Positions 21,133 to 32,232 of a stretch of 37,091 bases of DNA are shown here, in pieces. Position numbers and translations under genes: made by a program. The notes beneath the pieces are model-generated. The model was given only the letters and a program-made list of their open reading frames with translations. It was not told where the DNA came from and did not search any database. Source of the stretch: a virus (Duplodnaviria; Heunggongvirae; Uroviricota; Caudoviricetes); IMG/VR virus record IMGVR_UViG_2700989362_000003. The stretch is one strand, 5' to 3'. Each line of letters opens with the position of its first letter. Position 1 is the first letter of the stretch.

Positions 21133-23091
21133 ACATCTCCGGCGTCACGGTGGTGTTCCGGGCAGGTGAGCAGGAGCAGTCACCGCCGGAGGGATTTGAA
21201 TCCTCCGGCTCCGAGACGGTGCTGGGTACGGAAGTGAAATATGACACGCCGATCACCCGGACCATCACGTCGGCAAACATTGACCGACTGCGTTTTACCT
21301 TCGGTGTACAGGCACTGGTGGAAACCACCTCAAAGGGAGACAGGAATCCGTCTGAAGTTCGCCTGCTGGTTCAGATACAGCGTAACGGTGGCTGGGTGAC
21401 GGAAAAAGACATCACCATTAAGGGCAAAACCACCTCGCAGTATCTGGCCTCGGTGGTGGTGGATAACCTGCCGCCGCGCCCGTTTAATATCCGGATGCGC
21501 AGAATGACGCCGGACAGCACCACAGACCAGCTGCAGAACAAAACGCTCTGGTCGTCATACACCGAAATCATCGATGTGAAACAGTGCTACCCGAACACGG
21601 CACTGGTCGGCGTACAGGTGGATTCGGAGCAGTTCGGCAGCCAGCAGGTGAGCCGTAATTATCATCTTCGCGGGCGCATTCTGCAGGTGCCGTCGAACTA
21701 TAATCCGCAGACGCGGCAATACAGCGGTATCTGGGACGGAACGTTAAAACCGGCATACAGCAACAACATGGCCTGGTGTCTGTGGGATATGCTGACCCAT
21801 CCGCGCTATGGCATGGGGAAACGTCTTGGTGCGGCAGATGTGGATAAATGGGCGCTGTATGTCATCGGCCAGTACTGTGACCAGTCGGTGCCGGACGGCT
21901 TTGGCAGCACGGAGCCGCGCATCACCTGTAATGCCTGGCTGACCACACAGCGCAAGGCGTGGGATGTGCTCAGTGATTTCTGCTCGGCGATGCGCTGTAT
22001 GCCGGTATGGAACGGACAGATGCTGACGTTCGTGCAGGACCGACCGTCGGATAAGGTGTGGACCTATAACCGCAGTAATGTGGTGATGCCGGATGATGGC
22101 GCGCCGTTCCGCTACAGTTTCAGCGCCCTGAAAGACCGCCATAATGCCGTTGAGGTGAACTGGATTGACCCAGATAACGGCTGGGAGACGGCGACAGAGC
22201 TTGTGGAGGATACGCAGGCCATTGTCCGTTACGGTCGTAACGTCACGAAGATGGATGCCTTTGGCTGTACCAGCCGGGGGCAGGCACACCGCGCCGGGCT
22301 GTGGCTGATTAAAACGGAACTGCTGGAAACGCAGACCGTGGACTTCAGCGTGGGCGCAGAAGGGCTTCGCCATGTACCGGGTGATGTCATTGAAATCTGC
22401 GATGATGATTATGCCGGTATCAGCACCGGTGGTCGCGTACTGGCGGTGAACAGCCAGACCCGGACGCTGACGCTCGACCGTGAAATCACGCTGCCGTCCT
22501 CCGGTACCACGCTGATAAGCCTGGTTGACGGAAGTGGCAATCCGGTCAGCGTGGAGGTCCAGTCCGTCACCGACGGCGTGAAGGTGAAAGTGAGCCGGGT
22601 TCCTGACGGCGTTGCAGAATACAGCGTGTGGGGGCTGAAGCTGCCGACGCTGCGCCAGCGTCTGTTCCGCTGCGTGAGTATCCGTGAGAACGACGACGGC
22701 ACGTATGCCATCACCGCCGTGCAGCATGTGCCGGAAAAAGAGGCCATCGTGGATAACGGGGCACACTTTGACGGTGACCGGCGCGGCACGGTGAATGGTG
22801 TCACGCCGCCAGCGGTGCAGCATCTGACCGCCGAAGTCACCGCAGACAGCGGGGAATATCAGGTGCTGGCGCGATGGGACACGCCGAAGGTGGTGAAGGG
22901 TGTGAGCTTCCTGCTTCGCCTGACCGTGGCAGCGGACGACGGCAGTGAGCGGCTGGTCAGCACAGCCAGGACGACGGAAACCACATACCGCTTCAGGCAG
23001 CTGGCGCTGGGGAATTACAGTCTGACAGTCCGGGCGGTAAATGCCCGGGGGCAGCAGGGCGATCCGGCGTCGGTATCGTTCCGGATTGCGG
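21133..23091 (+). CDS. J: gpJ internal fragment (about codons 60-715)
   Basis: Continuous J reading frame from GVTVVFRAGEQEQSPPEG... to ...ASVSFRIA. A few amino-acid differences from the 19289 copy (for example FGSQQ versus FGNQQ, AWLTTQ versus SYLTTQ). Confidence 0.85.
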
Positions 23092-23092
23092 N
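23092..23092. other. N junction 4
   Basis: Single n. Sequence restarts at about J codon 328 ([14 protein letters not shown]). Confidence 0.9.
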
Positions 23093-25047
23093 CTGACCAC
23101 ACAGCGCAAGGCGTGGGATGTGCTCAGTGATTTCTGCTCGGCGATGCGCTGTATGCCGGTATGGAACGGGCAGACGCTGACGTTCGTGCAGGACCGACAG
23201 TCGGATAAGGTGTGGGCCTATAACCGCAGTAATGTGGTGATGCCGGATGATGGCGCGCCGTTCCGCTACAGTTTCAGCGCCCTGAAAGACCGCCATAATG
23301 CCGTTGAGGTGAACTGGATTGACCCGGATAACGGCTGGGAGACGGCGACAGAGCTTGTGGAGGATACGCAGGCCATTGTCCGTTACGGTCGTAACGTCAC
23401 GAAGATGGATGCCTTTGGCTGTACCAGCCGGGGGCAGGCACACCGCGCCGGGCTGTGGCTGATTAAAACGGAACTGCTGGAGACGCAGACCGTGGATTTC
23501 AGCGTGGGTGCTGAAGGGCTTCGTCATGTACCGGGCGATGTCATTGAAATCTGCGATGATGACTATGCCGGTATCCGCACCGGCGGGCGCGTGCTGGCGG
23601 TGAACAGCCAGACCCGGACGCTGACGCTCGACCGTGAAATCACGCTGCCGTCCTCCGGTACCACGCTGATAAGCCTGGTTGACGGAAGTGGCAATCCGGT
23701 CAGCGTGGAGGTCCAGTCCGTCACCGACGGCGTGAAGGTGAAAGTGAGCCGGGTTCCTGACGGCGTTGCAGAATACAGCGTGTGGGGGCTGAAGCTGCCG
23801 ACGCTGCACCAGCGATTGTTCCGCTGCGTGAGTATCCGTGAGAACGACGACGGCACGTATGCCATCACCGCCGTGCAGCATGTGCCGGAAAAAGAGGCCA
23901 TCGTGGATAACGGGGCACACTTTGACGGTGACCGGCGCGGCACGGTGAATGGTGTCACGCCGCCAGCGGTGCAGCACCTGACTGCCGAAGTCACCGCAGA
24001 CAGCGGGGAATATCAGGTGCTGGCGCGCTGGGACACGCCGAAGGTGGTGAAGGGTGTGAGCTTCCTGCTTCGCCTGACCGTGGCAGCGGACGACGGCAGT
24101 GAGCGGCTGGTCAGCACAGCCAGGACGACGGAAACCACATACCGCTTCAGGCAGCTGGCGCTGGGGAATTACAGTCTGACAGTCCGGGCGGTAAATGCCC
24201 GGGGGCAGCAGGGCGATCCGGCGTCGGTATCGTTCCGGATTGCGGCACCGGCAGCGCCTGTCACTATTGAACTGATACCGGGGTATTTTCAGATAACGGC
24301 GGTCCCGAAACTGGCTGTATATGACCCGACGGTGCAGTTTGAGTTCTGGTTTTCGGAAAAGCGGATTGCGGATATCAGGCAGGTTGAAACCAGCGCCCGC
24401 TATCTTGGCACGGCGCTGTACTGGATAGCCGCCAGTATCAATATCAGGCCGGGCCATGATTATTATTTTTACGTTCGCAGTGTGAACACCGTTGGCAAAT
24501 CGGCATTTGTGGAGGCCATCGGTCGGGCGAGCGATGATGCAGAAGGTTATCTGAATTTTTATAAAGGGTTGATCAATAAAACGCATCTCGGCAAGGAGTT
24601 GTGGACGCAGATTGATAACGGTCAGCTTGCGCCGGACCTGACTGAAATCAGGACGTCCATTACGAATGTCAGCAATGAAATCACGCAAACCGTCAATAAA
24701 AAACTGGAAAATCAGAGTGCTGCAATCCAGCAGATACAGAAAGTTCAGGTTGATACAAATAATAACCTGAACAGCATGTGGGCTGTGAAGCTGCAACAGA
24801 TGAAGGACGGACGCCTTTATATTGCGGGTATCGGTGCCGGTATTGAGAATACGCCAGCAGGAATGCAGAGTCAGGTGCTGCTGGCGGCAGACAGGATTGC
24901 GATGATTAATCCTGCGAATGGCAACACAAAGCCGATGTTTGTTGGTCAGGGCGATCAGATATTCATGAACGACGTGTTCCTGAAATGCCTGACGGCTCCG
25001 ACCATTACCAGCGGCGGTAATCCTCCGGCATTTTCCCTGACACCTGG
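23093..25047 (+). CDS. J: gpJ internal fragment (about codons 328-980)
   Basis: J frame from [24 protein letters not shown]... through ...[23 protein letters not shown]. Carries the [27 protein letters not shown]... central segment. Confidence 0.85.
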
Positions 25048-25048
25048 N
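25048..25048. other. N junction 5
   Basis: Single n. Sequence restarts at about J codon 370 ([15 protein letters not shown]). Confidence 0.9.
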
Positions 25049-26102
25049 CCTATAACCGCAGTAATGTGGTGATGCCGGATGATGGCGCGCCGTTCCGCTA
25101 CAGTTTCAGCGCCCTGAAAGACCGCCATAATGCCGTTGAGGTGAACTGGATTGACCCGGATAACGGCTGGGAGACGGCGACAGAGCTTGTGGAGGATACG
25201 CAGGCCATTGTCCGTTACGGTCGTAACGTCACGAAGATGGATGCCTTTGGCTGTACCAGCCGGGGGCAGGCACACCGCGCCGGGCTGTGGCTGATTAAAA
25301 CGGAACTGCTGGAGACGCAGACCGTGGATTTCAGCGTGGGTGCTGAAGGGCTTCGTCATGTACCGGGCGATGTCATTGAAATCTGCGATGATGACTATGC
25401 CGGTATCCGCACCGGCGGGCGCGTGCTGGCGGTGAACAGCCAGACCCGGACGCTGACGCTCGACCGTGAAATCACGCTGCCATCCTCCGGCACCACGCTG
25501 ATAAGCCTGGTTGACGGGCAGGGGAATCCGGTCAGCGTGGAGGTCCAGTCCGTCACCGACGGCGTGAAGGTAAAAGTGAGCCGTGTTCCTGACGGTGTTG
25601 CTGAATACAGCGTGTGGGGGCTGAAGCTGCCGACGCTGCACCAGCGATTGTTCCGCTGCGTGAGTATCCGTGAGAACGACGACGGCACGTATGCCATCAC
25701 CGCCGTGCAGCATGTGCCGGAAAAAGAAGCCATCGTGGATAACGGGGCGCACTTTGACGGCGACCAGAGCGGCACGGTGAATGGTGTCACGCCGCCAGCG
25801 GTGCAGCACCTGACTGCCGAAGTCACCGCAGACAGCGGGGAATATCAGGTGCTGGCGCGCTGGGACACGCCGAAGGTGGTGAAGGGCGTGAGCTTCCTGC
25901 TCCGTCTGACCGTAACAGCGGATGACGGCAGTGAGCGGCTGGTCAGCACGGCCCGGACGACGGAAACCACTTACCGCTTCACACAACTGGCGCTGGGGAA
26001 CTACAGGCTGACAGTCCGGGCAGTAAATGCGTGGGGGCAGCAGGGCGATCCGGCGTCGGTATCGTTCCGGATTGCGGCACCGGCAGCGCCTGTCACTATT
26101 GA
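25049..26102 (+). CDS. J: gpJ internal fragment (about codons 370-720)
   Basis: J frame from [31 protein letters not shown]... to ...APAAPVTI, followed by the 21-N gap. Confidence 0.85.
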
Positions 26103-26123
26103 NNNNNNNNNNNNNNNNNNNNN
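26103..26123. other. assembly gap (21 N)
   Basis: Run of 21 n characters. Confidence 0.95.
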
Positions 26124-26158
26124 TATTCCCCGCTGTCTGCGGTGACTTCGGCAGTCAG
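26124..26158. repeat. 35-nt foldback: inverted copy of the adjacent J sequence, probably a chimeric-read or assembly artefact
   Basis: TATTCCCCGCTGTCTGCGGTGACTTCGGCAGTCAG is the exact reverse complement of the J segment CTGACTGCCGAAGTCACCGCAGACAGCGGGGAATA (seen at 25811..25845 and elsewhere), and is followed directly by the normal downstream J sequence. Confidence 0.7.
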
Positions 26159-27748
26159 GTGCTGGCGCGCTGGGACACGCCGAAGGTGGTGAAGGGCGTG
26201 AGCTTCCTGCTCCGTCTGACCGTAACAGCGGATGACGGCAGTGAGCGGCTGGGCAGCACGGCCCGGACGACGGAAACCACTTACCGCTTCACACAACTGG
26301 CGCTGGGGAACTACAGGCTGACAGTCCGGGCAGTAAATGCGTGGGGGCAGCAGGGCGATCCGGCGTCGGTATCGTTCCGGATTGCCGCACCGGCAGCGCT
26401 GTCGCGGATTGAGCTGACGCCGGGCTATTTTCAGATAACCGCCACGCCGCATCTTGCGGTTTATGATCCGACGGTACAGTTTGAGTTCTGGTTCTCGGAA
26501 AAGCGGATTGCGGATATCAGGCAGGTTGAAACCACAGCACGCTATCTTGGCACGGCGCTGTACTGGATAGCCGCCAGTATCAATATCAGGCCGGGCCATG
26601 ATTATTATTTTTACGTTCGCAGTGTGAACACCGTTGGCAAATCGGCATTTGTGGAGGCCATCGGTCGGGCGAGCGATGATGCAGAAGGTTATCTGAATTT
26701 TTATAAAGGGTTGATCAATAAAACGCATCTCGGCAAGGAGTTGTGGACGCAGATTGATAACGGTCAGCTTGCGCCTGACCTGGCTGAAATCAGGACGTCC
26801 ATTACGGATGTCAGCAATGAAATCACGCAGACCGTCAATAAGAAACTGGAAGACCAGAGTGCGGCAATTCAGCAGATACAGAAGGTTCAGGTTGATACAA
26901 ATAATAACCTGAACAGCATGTGGGCTGTGAAGCTGCAGCAGATGCAGGACGGACGCCTTTATATCGCGGGTATTGGTGCCGGTATTGAGAACACCCCTGA
27001 CGGCATGCAGAGTCAGGTGCTGCTGGCGGCGGACAGGATTGCGATGGTTAATCCTGCGAATGGCAACACAAAACCGATGTTTGTTGGTCAGGGCGATCAG
27101 ATATTCATGAACGACGTGTTCCTGAAACGCCTGACGGCCCCCACCATTACCAGCGGTGGAAATCCATCGGCATTTTCCCTGACTCCGGACGGAAAGCTGA
27201 CCGCTAAAAATGCGGATATCAGTGGCAGTGTGAATGCGAACGCCGGGACGCTCAACAATGTCACGGTAAATGAAAACTGTACGATTAAGGGCATGCTGGA
27301 GGCGACTCAGGTCAGAGGTGACTTCGTTAAAGCTGTATCCAAATCATTTCCGAAACAGGCTGGTACGTGGGGTAACACGGAAACACCAAACGGGACGGTT
27401 ACAGTCACCATAAGCGATGATCATAACTTTGACCGCCAGATTATTATTCCGCCCATTATTTTTAACGGTATAGCGTATGACGATCCGGGGAGCGGAAATA
27501 ACCCAGGAGGCACGCGATACACGGGTTATGGTTTTGAAGTTCGCAAAAACGGCGTATTAATCGCATCCAGAGAAACTAAAGGTGCCATTCCCGGTAGTTA
27601 CAGTGCAGTTATTGATATGCCTAGTGGTGGTGGTAGCGTCACTCTGGAGTTTAAGATTTTCCAGAAAGGCAATCAGGGGGCAGGCAATATCACCGACTGT
27701 ACGGTGATTGTGACCAAAAAAGCGGCTTCCGGCATCAGTATTCGTTGA
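26159..27748 (+). CDS. J: gpJ 3' fragment including the C-terminal receptor-binding domain, allele 1 (ends ...[12 protein letters not shown])
   Basis: J frame from [20 protein letters not shown]... to the stop at 27748. The last roughly 200 aa ([57 protein letters not shown]...) differ from both the other allele in this window and lambda J as I recall it. Confidence 0.85.
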   Translation: MLARWDTPKVVKGVSFLLRLTVTADDGSERLGSTARTTETTYRFTQLALGNYRLTVRAVNAWGQQGDPASVSFRIAAPAALSRIELTPGYFQITATPHLAVYDPTVQFEFWFSEKRIADIRQVETTARYLGTALYWIAASINIRPGHDYYFYVRSVNTVGKSAFVEAIGRASDDAEGYLNFYKGLINKTHLGKELWTQIDNGQLAPDLAEIRTSITDVSNEITQTVNKKLEDQSAAIQQIQKVQVDTNNNLNSMWAVKLQQMQDGRLYIAGIGAGIENTPDGMQSQVLLAADRIAMVNPANGNTKPMFVGQGDQIFMNDVFLKRLTAPTITSGGNPSAFSLTPDGKLTAKNADISGSVNANAGTLNNVTVNENCTIKGMLEATQVRGDFVKAVSKSFPKQAGTWGNTETPNGTVTVTISDDHNFDRQIIIPPIIFNGIAYDDPGSGNNPGGTRYTGYGFEVRKNGVLIASRETKGAIPGSYSAVIDMPSGGGSVTLEFKIFQKGNQGAGNITDCTVIVTKKAASGISIR

Positions 27749-27770
27749 AATATTTATAACCCCAATAAAT

Positions 27771-27794
27771 GGCGTCAGGAATGACGCCTTTTTT
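27771..27794 (+). terminator. intrinsic terminator after J
   Basis: GGCGTCA GGAA TGACGCC perfect 7-bp stem followed by TTTTTT, 25 nt after the J stop and before the lom ribosome-binding site. Confidence 0.6.
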
Positions 27795-27818
27795 ATTGCA
27801 GAAAAGCGAGAGGTAATT

Positions 27819-28113
27819 ATGCGTAAAGTTTGTGCAGCCATTTTGTCCGCAGCCATTTGCCTGGCCGTATCCGGTGCGCCTGCATGGGCGTCTGAACATC
27901 AGTCCACGCTGAGCGCGGGGTATCTTCATGCCCGGACCAACGTTCCCGGCAGTGATGATCTGAACGGGATTAACGTGAAATACCGTTATGAGTTTACGGA
28001 TACGCTGGGGCTGGTGACGTCATTCAGCTATGCAGGAGACAAGAATCGCCAGCTGACCCGTTACAGCGATACCCGCTGGCATGAAGATTCCGTGCGTAAC
28101 CGCTGGTTCAGCG
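27819..28113 (+). CDS. lom: lom 5' fragment (98 codons), loop variant 1, truncated at N junction
   Basis: MRKVCAAILSAAICLAVSGAPAWA signal peptide, then SEHQSTLSAGYLHARTNVPGSDDLNGINVKYRYEF... This differs from the other lom copies (YLQTHTDMPGSDDLKGI) in the first predicted loop. Confidence 0.8.
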
Positions 28114-28114
28114 N
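28114..28114. other. N junction 6 (lom interior joined to J interior)
   Basis: Single n followed by J-internal sequence ([21 protein letters not shown]...). Confidence 0.9.
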
Positions 28115-29653
28115 AAGGGCGTGAGCTTCCTGCTCCGTCTGACCGTAACAGCGGATGACGGCAGTGAGCGGCTGGGCAGCACGGCCCGGACGACGGAAAC
28201 CACTTACCGCTTCACACAACTGGCGCTGGGGAACTACAGGCTGACAGTCCGGGCAGTAAATGCGTGGGGGCAGCAGGGCGATCCGGCGTCGGTATCGTTC
28301 CGGATTGCCGCACCGGCAGCGCTGTCGCGGATTGAGCTGACGCCGGGCTATTTTCAGATAACCGCCACGCCGCATCTTGCGGTTTATGATCCGACGGTAC
28401 AGTTTGAGTTCTGGTTCTCGGAAAAGCGGATTGCGGATATCAGGCAGGTTGAAACCACAGCACGCTATCTTGGCACGGCGCTGTACTGGATAGCCGCCAG
28501 TATCAATATCAAACCGGGCCATGATTATTACTTTTATATCCGCAGTGTGAACACCGTTGGCAAATCGGCATTCGTGGAGGCTGTTGGTCAGCCGAGTGAT
28601 GATGCATCCGGTTATCTGGATTTTTTCAAAGGCGAGATAGGGAAAACCCATCTGGCTCAGGAGCTGTGGACGCAGATTGATAACGGTCAGCTTGCGCCGG
28701 ACCTGACTGAAATCAGGACGTCCATTACGAATGTCAGCAATGAAATCACGCAAACCGTCAATAAAAAACTGGAAAATCAGAGTGCTGCAATCCAGCAGAT
28801 ACAGAAAGTTCAGGTTGATACAAATAATAACCTGAACAGCATGTGGGCTGTGAAGCTGCAACAGATGAAGGACGGACGCCTTTATATTGCGGGTATCGGT
28901 GCCGGTATTGAGAATACGCCAGCAGGAATGCAGAGTCAGGTGCTGCTGGCGGCAGACAGGATTGCGATGATTAATCCTGCGAATGGCAACACAAAGCCGA
29001 TGTTTGTTGGTCAGGGCGATCAGATATTCATGAACGACGTGTTCCTGAAATGCCTGACGGCTCCGACCATTACCAGCGGCGGTAATCCTCCGGCATTTTC
29101 CCTGACACCTGGCGGACGGCTGACGGCGAAAAATGCCGATATCAGCGGTAACGTGAACGCGAACTCCGGGACGCTCAACAACGTCACGATTAATAAGAAC
29201 TGTCGGGTTCTGGGAAAATTGTCCGCGAACCAGATTGAAGGCGATCTCGTTAAAACAGTGGGCAAACCTTTCCCACGGGACTCCCGGGCACCGGAGAGGT
29301 GGCCATCAGGGACCATTACCGTCAGGGTTTATGACGATCAGCCGTTTGATCGGCAAATTGTTATTCCCGCGGTGGCGTTTCGCGGTGCTAAACATGAGCG
29401 GAAGAATAACAATATTTATTCGTCATGCCGCCTGATAGTGAAGAAAAACGGTGCTGAAATTTATAACCGAACGACCCTGGATAATACGCTGATATATACG
29501 GGTGTTATTGATATGCCTGCCGGTCACGGTCACATGACGCTGGAGTTTTCTGTATCGGCATGGCTGGTAAATGGCTGGTATCCCACAGCAAGTATCAGCG
29601 ATTTGCTGGTTGTGGTGATGAAGAAAGCCACTGCAGGCATCACGATTAGCTGA
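28115..29653 (+). CDS. J: gpJ 3' fragment including the C-terminal receptor-binding domain, allele 2 (ends ...[11 protein letters not shown])
   Basis: J frame to the stop at 29653. C-terminal region [95 protein letters not shown]... is distinct from allele 1. Central segment variant [20 protein letters not shown]. Confidence 0.85.
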   Translation, partial: KGVSFLLRLTVTADDGSERLGSTARTTETTYRFTQLALGNYRLTVRAVNAWGQQGDPASVSFRIAAPAALSRIELTPGYFQITATPHLAVYDPTVQFEFWFSEKRIADIRQVETTARYLGTALYWIAASINIKPGHDYYFYIRSVNTVGKSAFVEAVGQPSDDASGYLDFFKGEIGKTHLAQELWTQIDNGQLAPDLTEIRTSITNVSNEITQTVNKKLENQSAAIQQIQKVQVDTNNNLNSMWAVKLQQMKDGRLYIAGIGAGIENTPAGMQSQVLLAADRIAMINPANGNTKPMFVGQGDQIFMNDVFLKCLTAPTITSGGNPPAFSLTPGGRLTAKNADISGNVNANSGTLNNVTINKNCRVLGKLSANQIEGDLVKTVGKPFPRDSRAPERWPSGTITVRVYDDQPFDRQIVIPAVAFRGAKHERKNNNIYSSCRLIVKKNGAEIYNRTTLDNTLIYTGVIDMPAGHGHMTLEFSVSAWLVNGWYPTASISDLLVVVMKKATAGITIS

Positions 29654-29672
29654 ATTTTATAACCCAGATACG

Positions 29673-29696
29673 GGCACCAGAAATGGTGCCTTTTTT
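29673..29696 (+). terminator. intrinsic terminator after J (allele 2 context)
   Basis: GGCACC AGAAAT GGTGCC stem-loop followed by TTTTTT. An identical element is at 30964..30987. Confidence 0.6.
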
Positions 29697-29720
29697 ATTG
29701 CAGAAAAGCGAGAGGTAATT

Positions 29721-30203
29721 ATGCGTAAAGTTTGTGCAGCCATTTTGTCCGCAGCCATCTGTCTGGCCGTATCCGGTGCGCCTGCATGGGCGTCTGAACA
29801 TCAGTCCACGCTGAGCGCCGGGTATCTTCAGACCCATACTGATATGCCAGGCAGCGATGACCTGAAGGGCATTAACGTGAAATACCGTTATGAGTTTACG
29901 GATACGCTGGGGCTGGTGACGTCATTCAGCTATGCAGGAGACAAGAATCGCCAGCTGACCCGTTACAGCGATACCCGCTGGCATGAAGATTCCGTGCGTA
30001 ACCGCTGGTTCAGCGTGATGGCGGGGCCGTCTGTGCGCGTGAATGAATGGTTCAGCGCGTATGCGATGGCGGGTGTGGCTTACAGCCGTGTGTCGACTTT
30101 TTCCGGGGATTATATCCGCGTAACTGACAATAAGGGGAAAACGCACGATGTGCTGACCGGAAGTGATGACGGTCGCCACAGCAACACGTCTCTGGCGCAC
30201 TGA
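29721..30203 (+). pseudogene. lom: lom carrying an 83-bp internal deletion, frameshifted with premature stop (160 aa instead of 199)
   Basis: Co-linear with the full lom at 31012..31611 until ...SNTSLA. The 83 bp TGGGGGGCTGGCGTG...GTGGTGACTGGCG present in the full copy are missing, and a 5-bp direct repeat TGGCG flanks the deleted segment there. The frame then reads H and stops, losing the C-terminal strands and the terminal ...GYKF. Confidence 0.75.
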
Positions 30204-30264
30204 CGGTTTCATCGTGGGTGTCGGTTATAAATTCTGATTAGCCAGGTAACACAGTGTTATGACA

Positions 30265-30290
30265 GCCCGCCGGTTCAGGCGGGCTTTTTT
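30265..30290 (+). terminator. intrinsic terminator after lom
   Basis: GCCCGCC GGTTCA GGCGGGC stem-loop followed by TTTTTT. Identical elements are at 31639..31664 and 32579..32604. Confidence 0.6.
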
Positions 30291-30301
30291 GTGGGGTGAA
30301 T

Positions 30302-30858
30302 ATGGCAGTAAAGATTTCAGGTGTACTGAAAGACGGCACAGGAAAACCGGTACAGAACTGCACAATCCAGCTGAAAGCAAAACGTAACAGCACCACGGTG
30401 GTGGTGAACACGCTGGCCTCAGAAAATCCGGATGAAGCCGGGCGTTACAGCATGGACGTTGAGTACGGTCAGTACAGCGTTATTCTGTTGGTGGAAGGAT
30501 TCCCGCCGTCACATGCCGGGACCATCACCGTGTATGAAGATTCCCGACCCGGTACGCTGAATGATTTTCTCGGTGCCATGACGGAGGATGATGCCCGTCC
30601 GGAGGCACTGCGCCGTTTTGAGCTGATGGTGGAAGAGGTGGCGCGTAACGCGTCCGCGGTGGCACAGAACACGGCAGCCGCGAAGAAATCAGCCAGCGAT
30701 GCCAGCACATCAGCCCGTGAGGCGGCAACCCATGCGACTGATGCTGCAGATTCAGCACGTGCAGCCAGCACGTCAGCCGGACAGGCCGCTTCGTCGGCTC
30801 AGTCAGCGTCTTCCAGCGCAGGAACGGCATCAACAAAGGCCACTGAAGCCTCAAAAAG
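30302..30858 (+). CDS. stf: side tail fiber stf 5' fragment truncated at N junction
   Basis: [57 protein letters not shown]..., identical to the N-terminus of the full stf at 32616. The track starts the ORF at an upstream GTG (30296). Confidence 0.85.
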
Positions 30859-30859
30859 N
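30859..30859. other. N junction 7 (stf interior joined to J 3' end)
   Basis: Single n followed by the last 28 codons of J allele 2 ([27 protein letters not shown]). Confidence 0.9.
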
Positions 30860-30944
30860 AAATGGCTGGTATCCCACAGCAAGTATCAGCGATTTGCTGG
30901 TTGTGGTGATGAAGAAAGCCACTGCAGGCATCACGATTAGCTGA
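30860..30944 (+). CDS. J: gpJ 3'-terminal fragment (allele 2 type)
   Basis: Identical to 29569..29653. Confidence 0.8.
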
Positions 30945-31011
30945 ATTTTATAACCCAGATACGGGCACCAGAAATGGTGCCTTTTTTATTGCAGAAAAGC
31001 GAGAGGTAATT

Positions 31012-31611
31012 ATGCGTAAAGTTTGTGCAGCCATTTTGTCCGCAGCCATCTGTCTGGCCGTATCCGGTGCGCCTGCATGGGCGTCTGAACATCAGTCCAC
31101 GCTGAGCGCCGGGTATCTTCAGACCCATACTGATATGCCAGGCAGCGATGACCTGAAGGGCATTAACGTGAAATACCGTTATGAGTTTACGGACACGCTG
31201 GGGCTGATTACGTCATTCAGTTATGCCAACGCTGAAGATGAGCAAAAAACGCATTACAGCGATACCCGCTGGCATGAGGATTCCGTGCGTAACCGCTGGT
31301 TCAGCGTGATGGCGGGGCCGTCTGTGCGCGTGAATGAATGGTTCAGCGCGTATGCGATGGCGGGCGTGGCTTACAGCCGTGTGTCGACCTTCTCCGGGGA
31401 TTATCTCCGCGTAACTGACAACAAGGGGAAAACGCACGATGTGCTGACCGGAAGTGATGGCGGTCGCCACAGCAACACGTCTCTGGCGTGGGGGGCTGGC
31501 GTGCAGTTTAACCCGACCGAATCCGTGGCCATTGACCTTGCTTATGAAGGTTCCGGCAGTGGTGACTGGCGCACTGACGGTTTCATCGTGGGTGTCGGTT
31601 ATAAATTCTGA
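31012..31611 (+). CDS. lom: outer membrane protein Lom (Ail/Lom family), full length 199 aa, loop variant 3
   Basis: Signal peptide plus beta-barrel OMP signature ending ...DWRTDGFIVGVGYKF. Has a loop-2 variant SFSYANAEDEQKTHYSD versus SFSYAGDKNRQLTRYSD in the other copies. Confidence 0.9.
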   Translation: MRKVCAAILSAAICLAVSGAPAWASEHQSTLSAGYLQTHTDMPGSDDLKGINVKYRYEFTDTLGLITSFSYANAEDEQKTHYSDTRWHEDSVRNRWFSVMAGPSVRVNEWFSAYAMAGVAYSRVSTFSGDYLRVTDNKGKTHDVLTGSDGGRHSNTSLAWGAGVQFNPTESVAIDLAYEGSGSGDWRTDGFIVGVGYKF

Positions 31612-31675
31612 TTAGCCAGGTAACACAGTGTTATGACAGCCCGCCGGTTCAGGCGGGCTTTTTTGTGGGGTGAAT

Positions 31676-32002
31676 ATGGCAGTAAAGATTTCAGGTGTAC
31701 TGAAAGATGGGGCGGGGAAACCTGTCGTAAATTGTGCGATTGAACTGCGGGCCAGAAGAACCAGTCCGACCGTTGTGGCACACGTTGTTGCCACTTGCGT
31801 GACGGACAATAACGGTGCTTATGTGATTGAGGCTGAGCCGGGGTATTACGAGGTTGCGCTTCACTGTAACGGCTGGCAGCCAACCCGTGTCGGGGATATT
31901 GATGTGGCACCGACTGATGCACCGGGGACACTGAACGCGTTTCTGAATGCACCAAAGGATGGTGATTTACGTCCGGAGGTGATGAAGTGTCAGCGCCAGT
32001 GA
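31676..32002 (+). pseudogene. stf: second stf allele (divergent N-terminal domain), truncated after about 108 codons, apparently by an IS insertion
   Basis: [102 protein letters not shown], then MKCQRQ-stop. It is followed by non-stf sequence that encodes a transposase N-terminus. Confidence 0.7.
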
Positions 32003-32088
32003 TATAAGACGGTAATTCGCCATTTGGATTGTCCGCTCCACCCAACATGTTGTTTCCTTAAGGTTCTCACACCAGAAAGGACATCAAC

Positions 32089-32231
32089 ATGCTGAGCAGA
32101 GAGGACTTTTACATGATAAAGCAAATGCGCCAGCAGGGCGCGTACATCGTCGATATTGCGACTCAGATTGGTTGCTCTGAACGGACGGTCAGACGCTACC
32201 TCAAATACCCTGAACCGCCAGCCAGAAAGAC
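32089..32231 (+). mobile_element. IS21-family-like transposase (IstA-type) 5' fragment, truncated at N junction. The IS left boundary is uncertain, possibly near 31988 (TGTCAG...)
   Basis: MLSREDFYMIKQMRQQGAYIVDIATQIGCSERTVRRYLKYPEPPARK has an N-terminal helix-turn-helix with the pattern seen in IS21-family IstA proteins (compare IS100 ...[39 protein letters not shown] from memory). Confidence 0.5.
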
Positions 32232-32232
32232 N
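32232..32232. other. N junction 8 (IS fragment joined to lom interior)
   Basis: Single n followed by lom-internal sequence (TSFSYAGDKNRQLTRYSD...). Confidence 0.9.

Noticed and set aside
20219-28861. Long minus-strand ORFs of 266 to 593 aa running antisense through the J copies (20219..21328, 21744..23102, 23015..24796, 24955..25986, 26096..26728, 28061..28861)
   Set aside because: They lie entirely inside, and antisense to, a well-supported J reading frame. Their products are Arg/His/Pro-rich low-complexity strings with no recognisable domain. Open antisense frames are expected in GC-rich, codon-biased genes.
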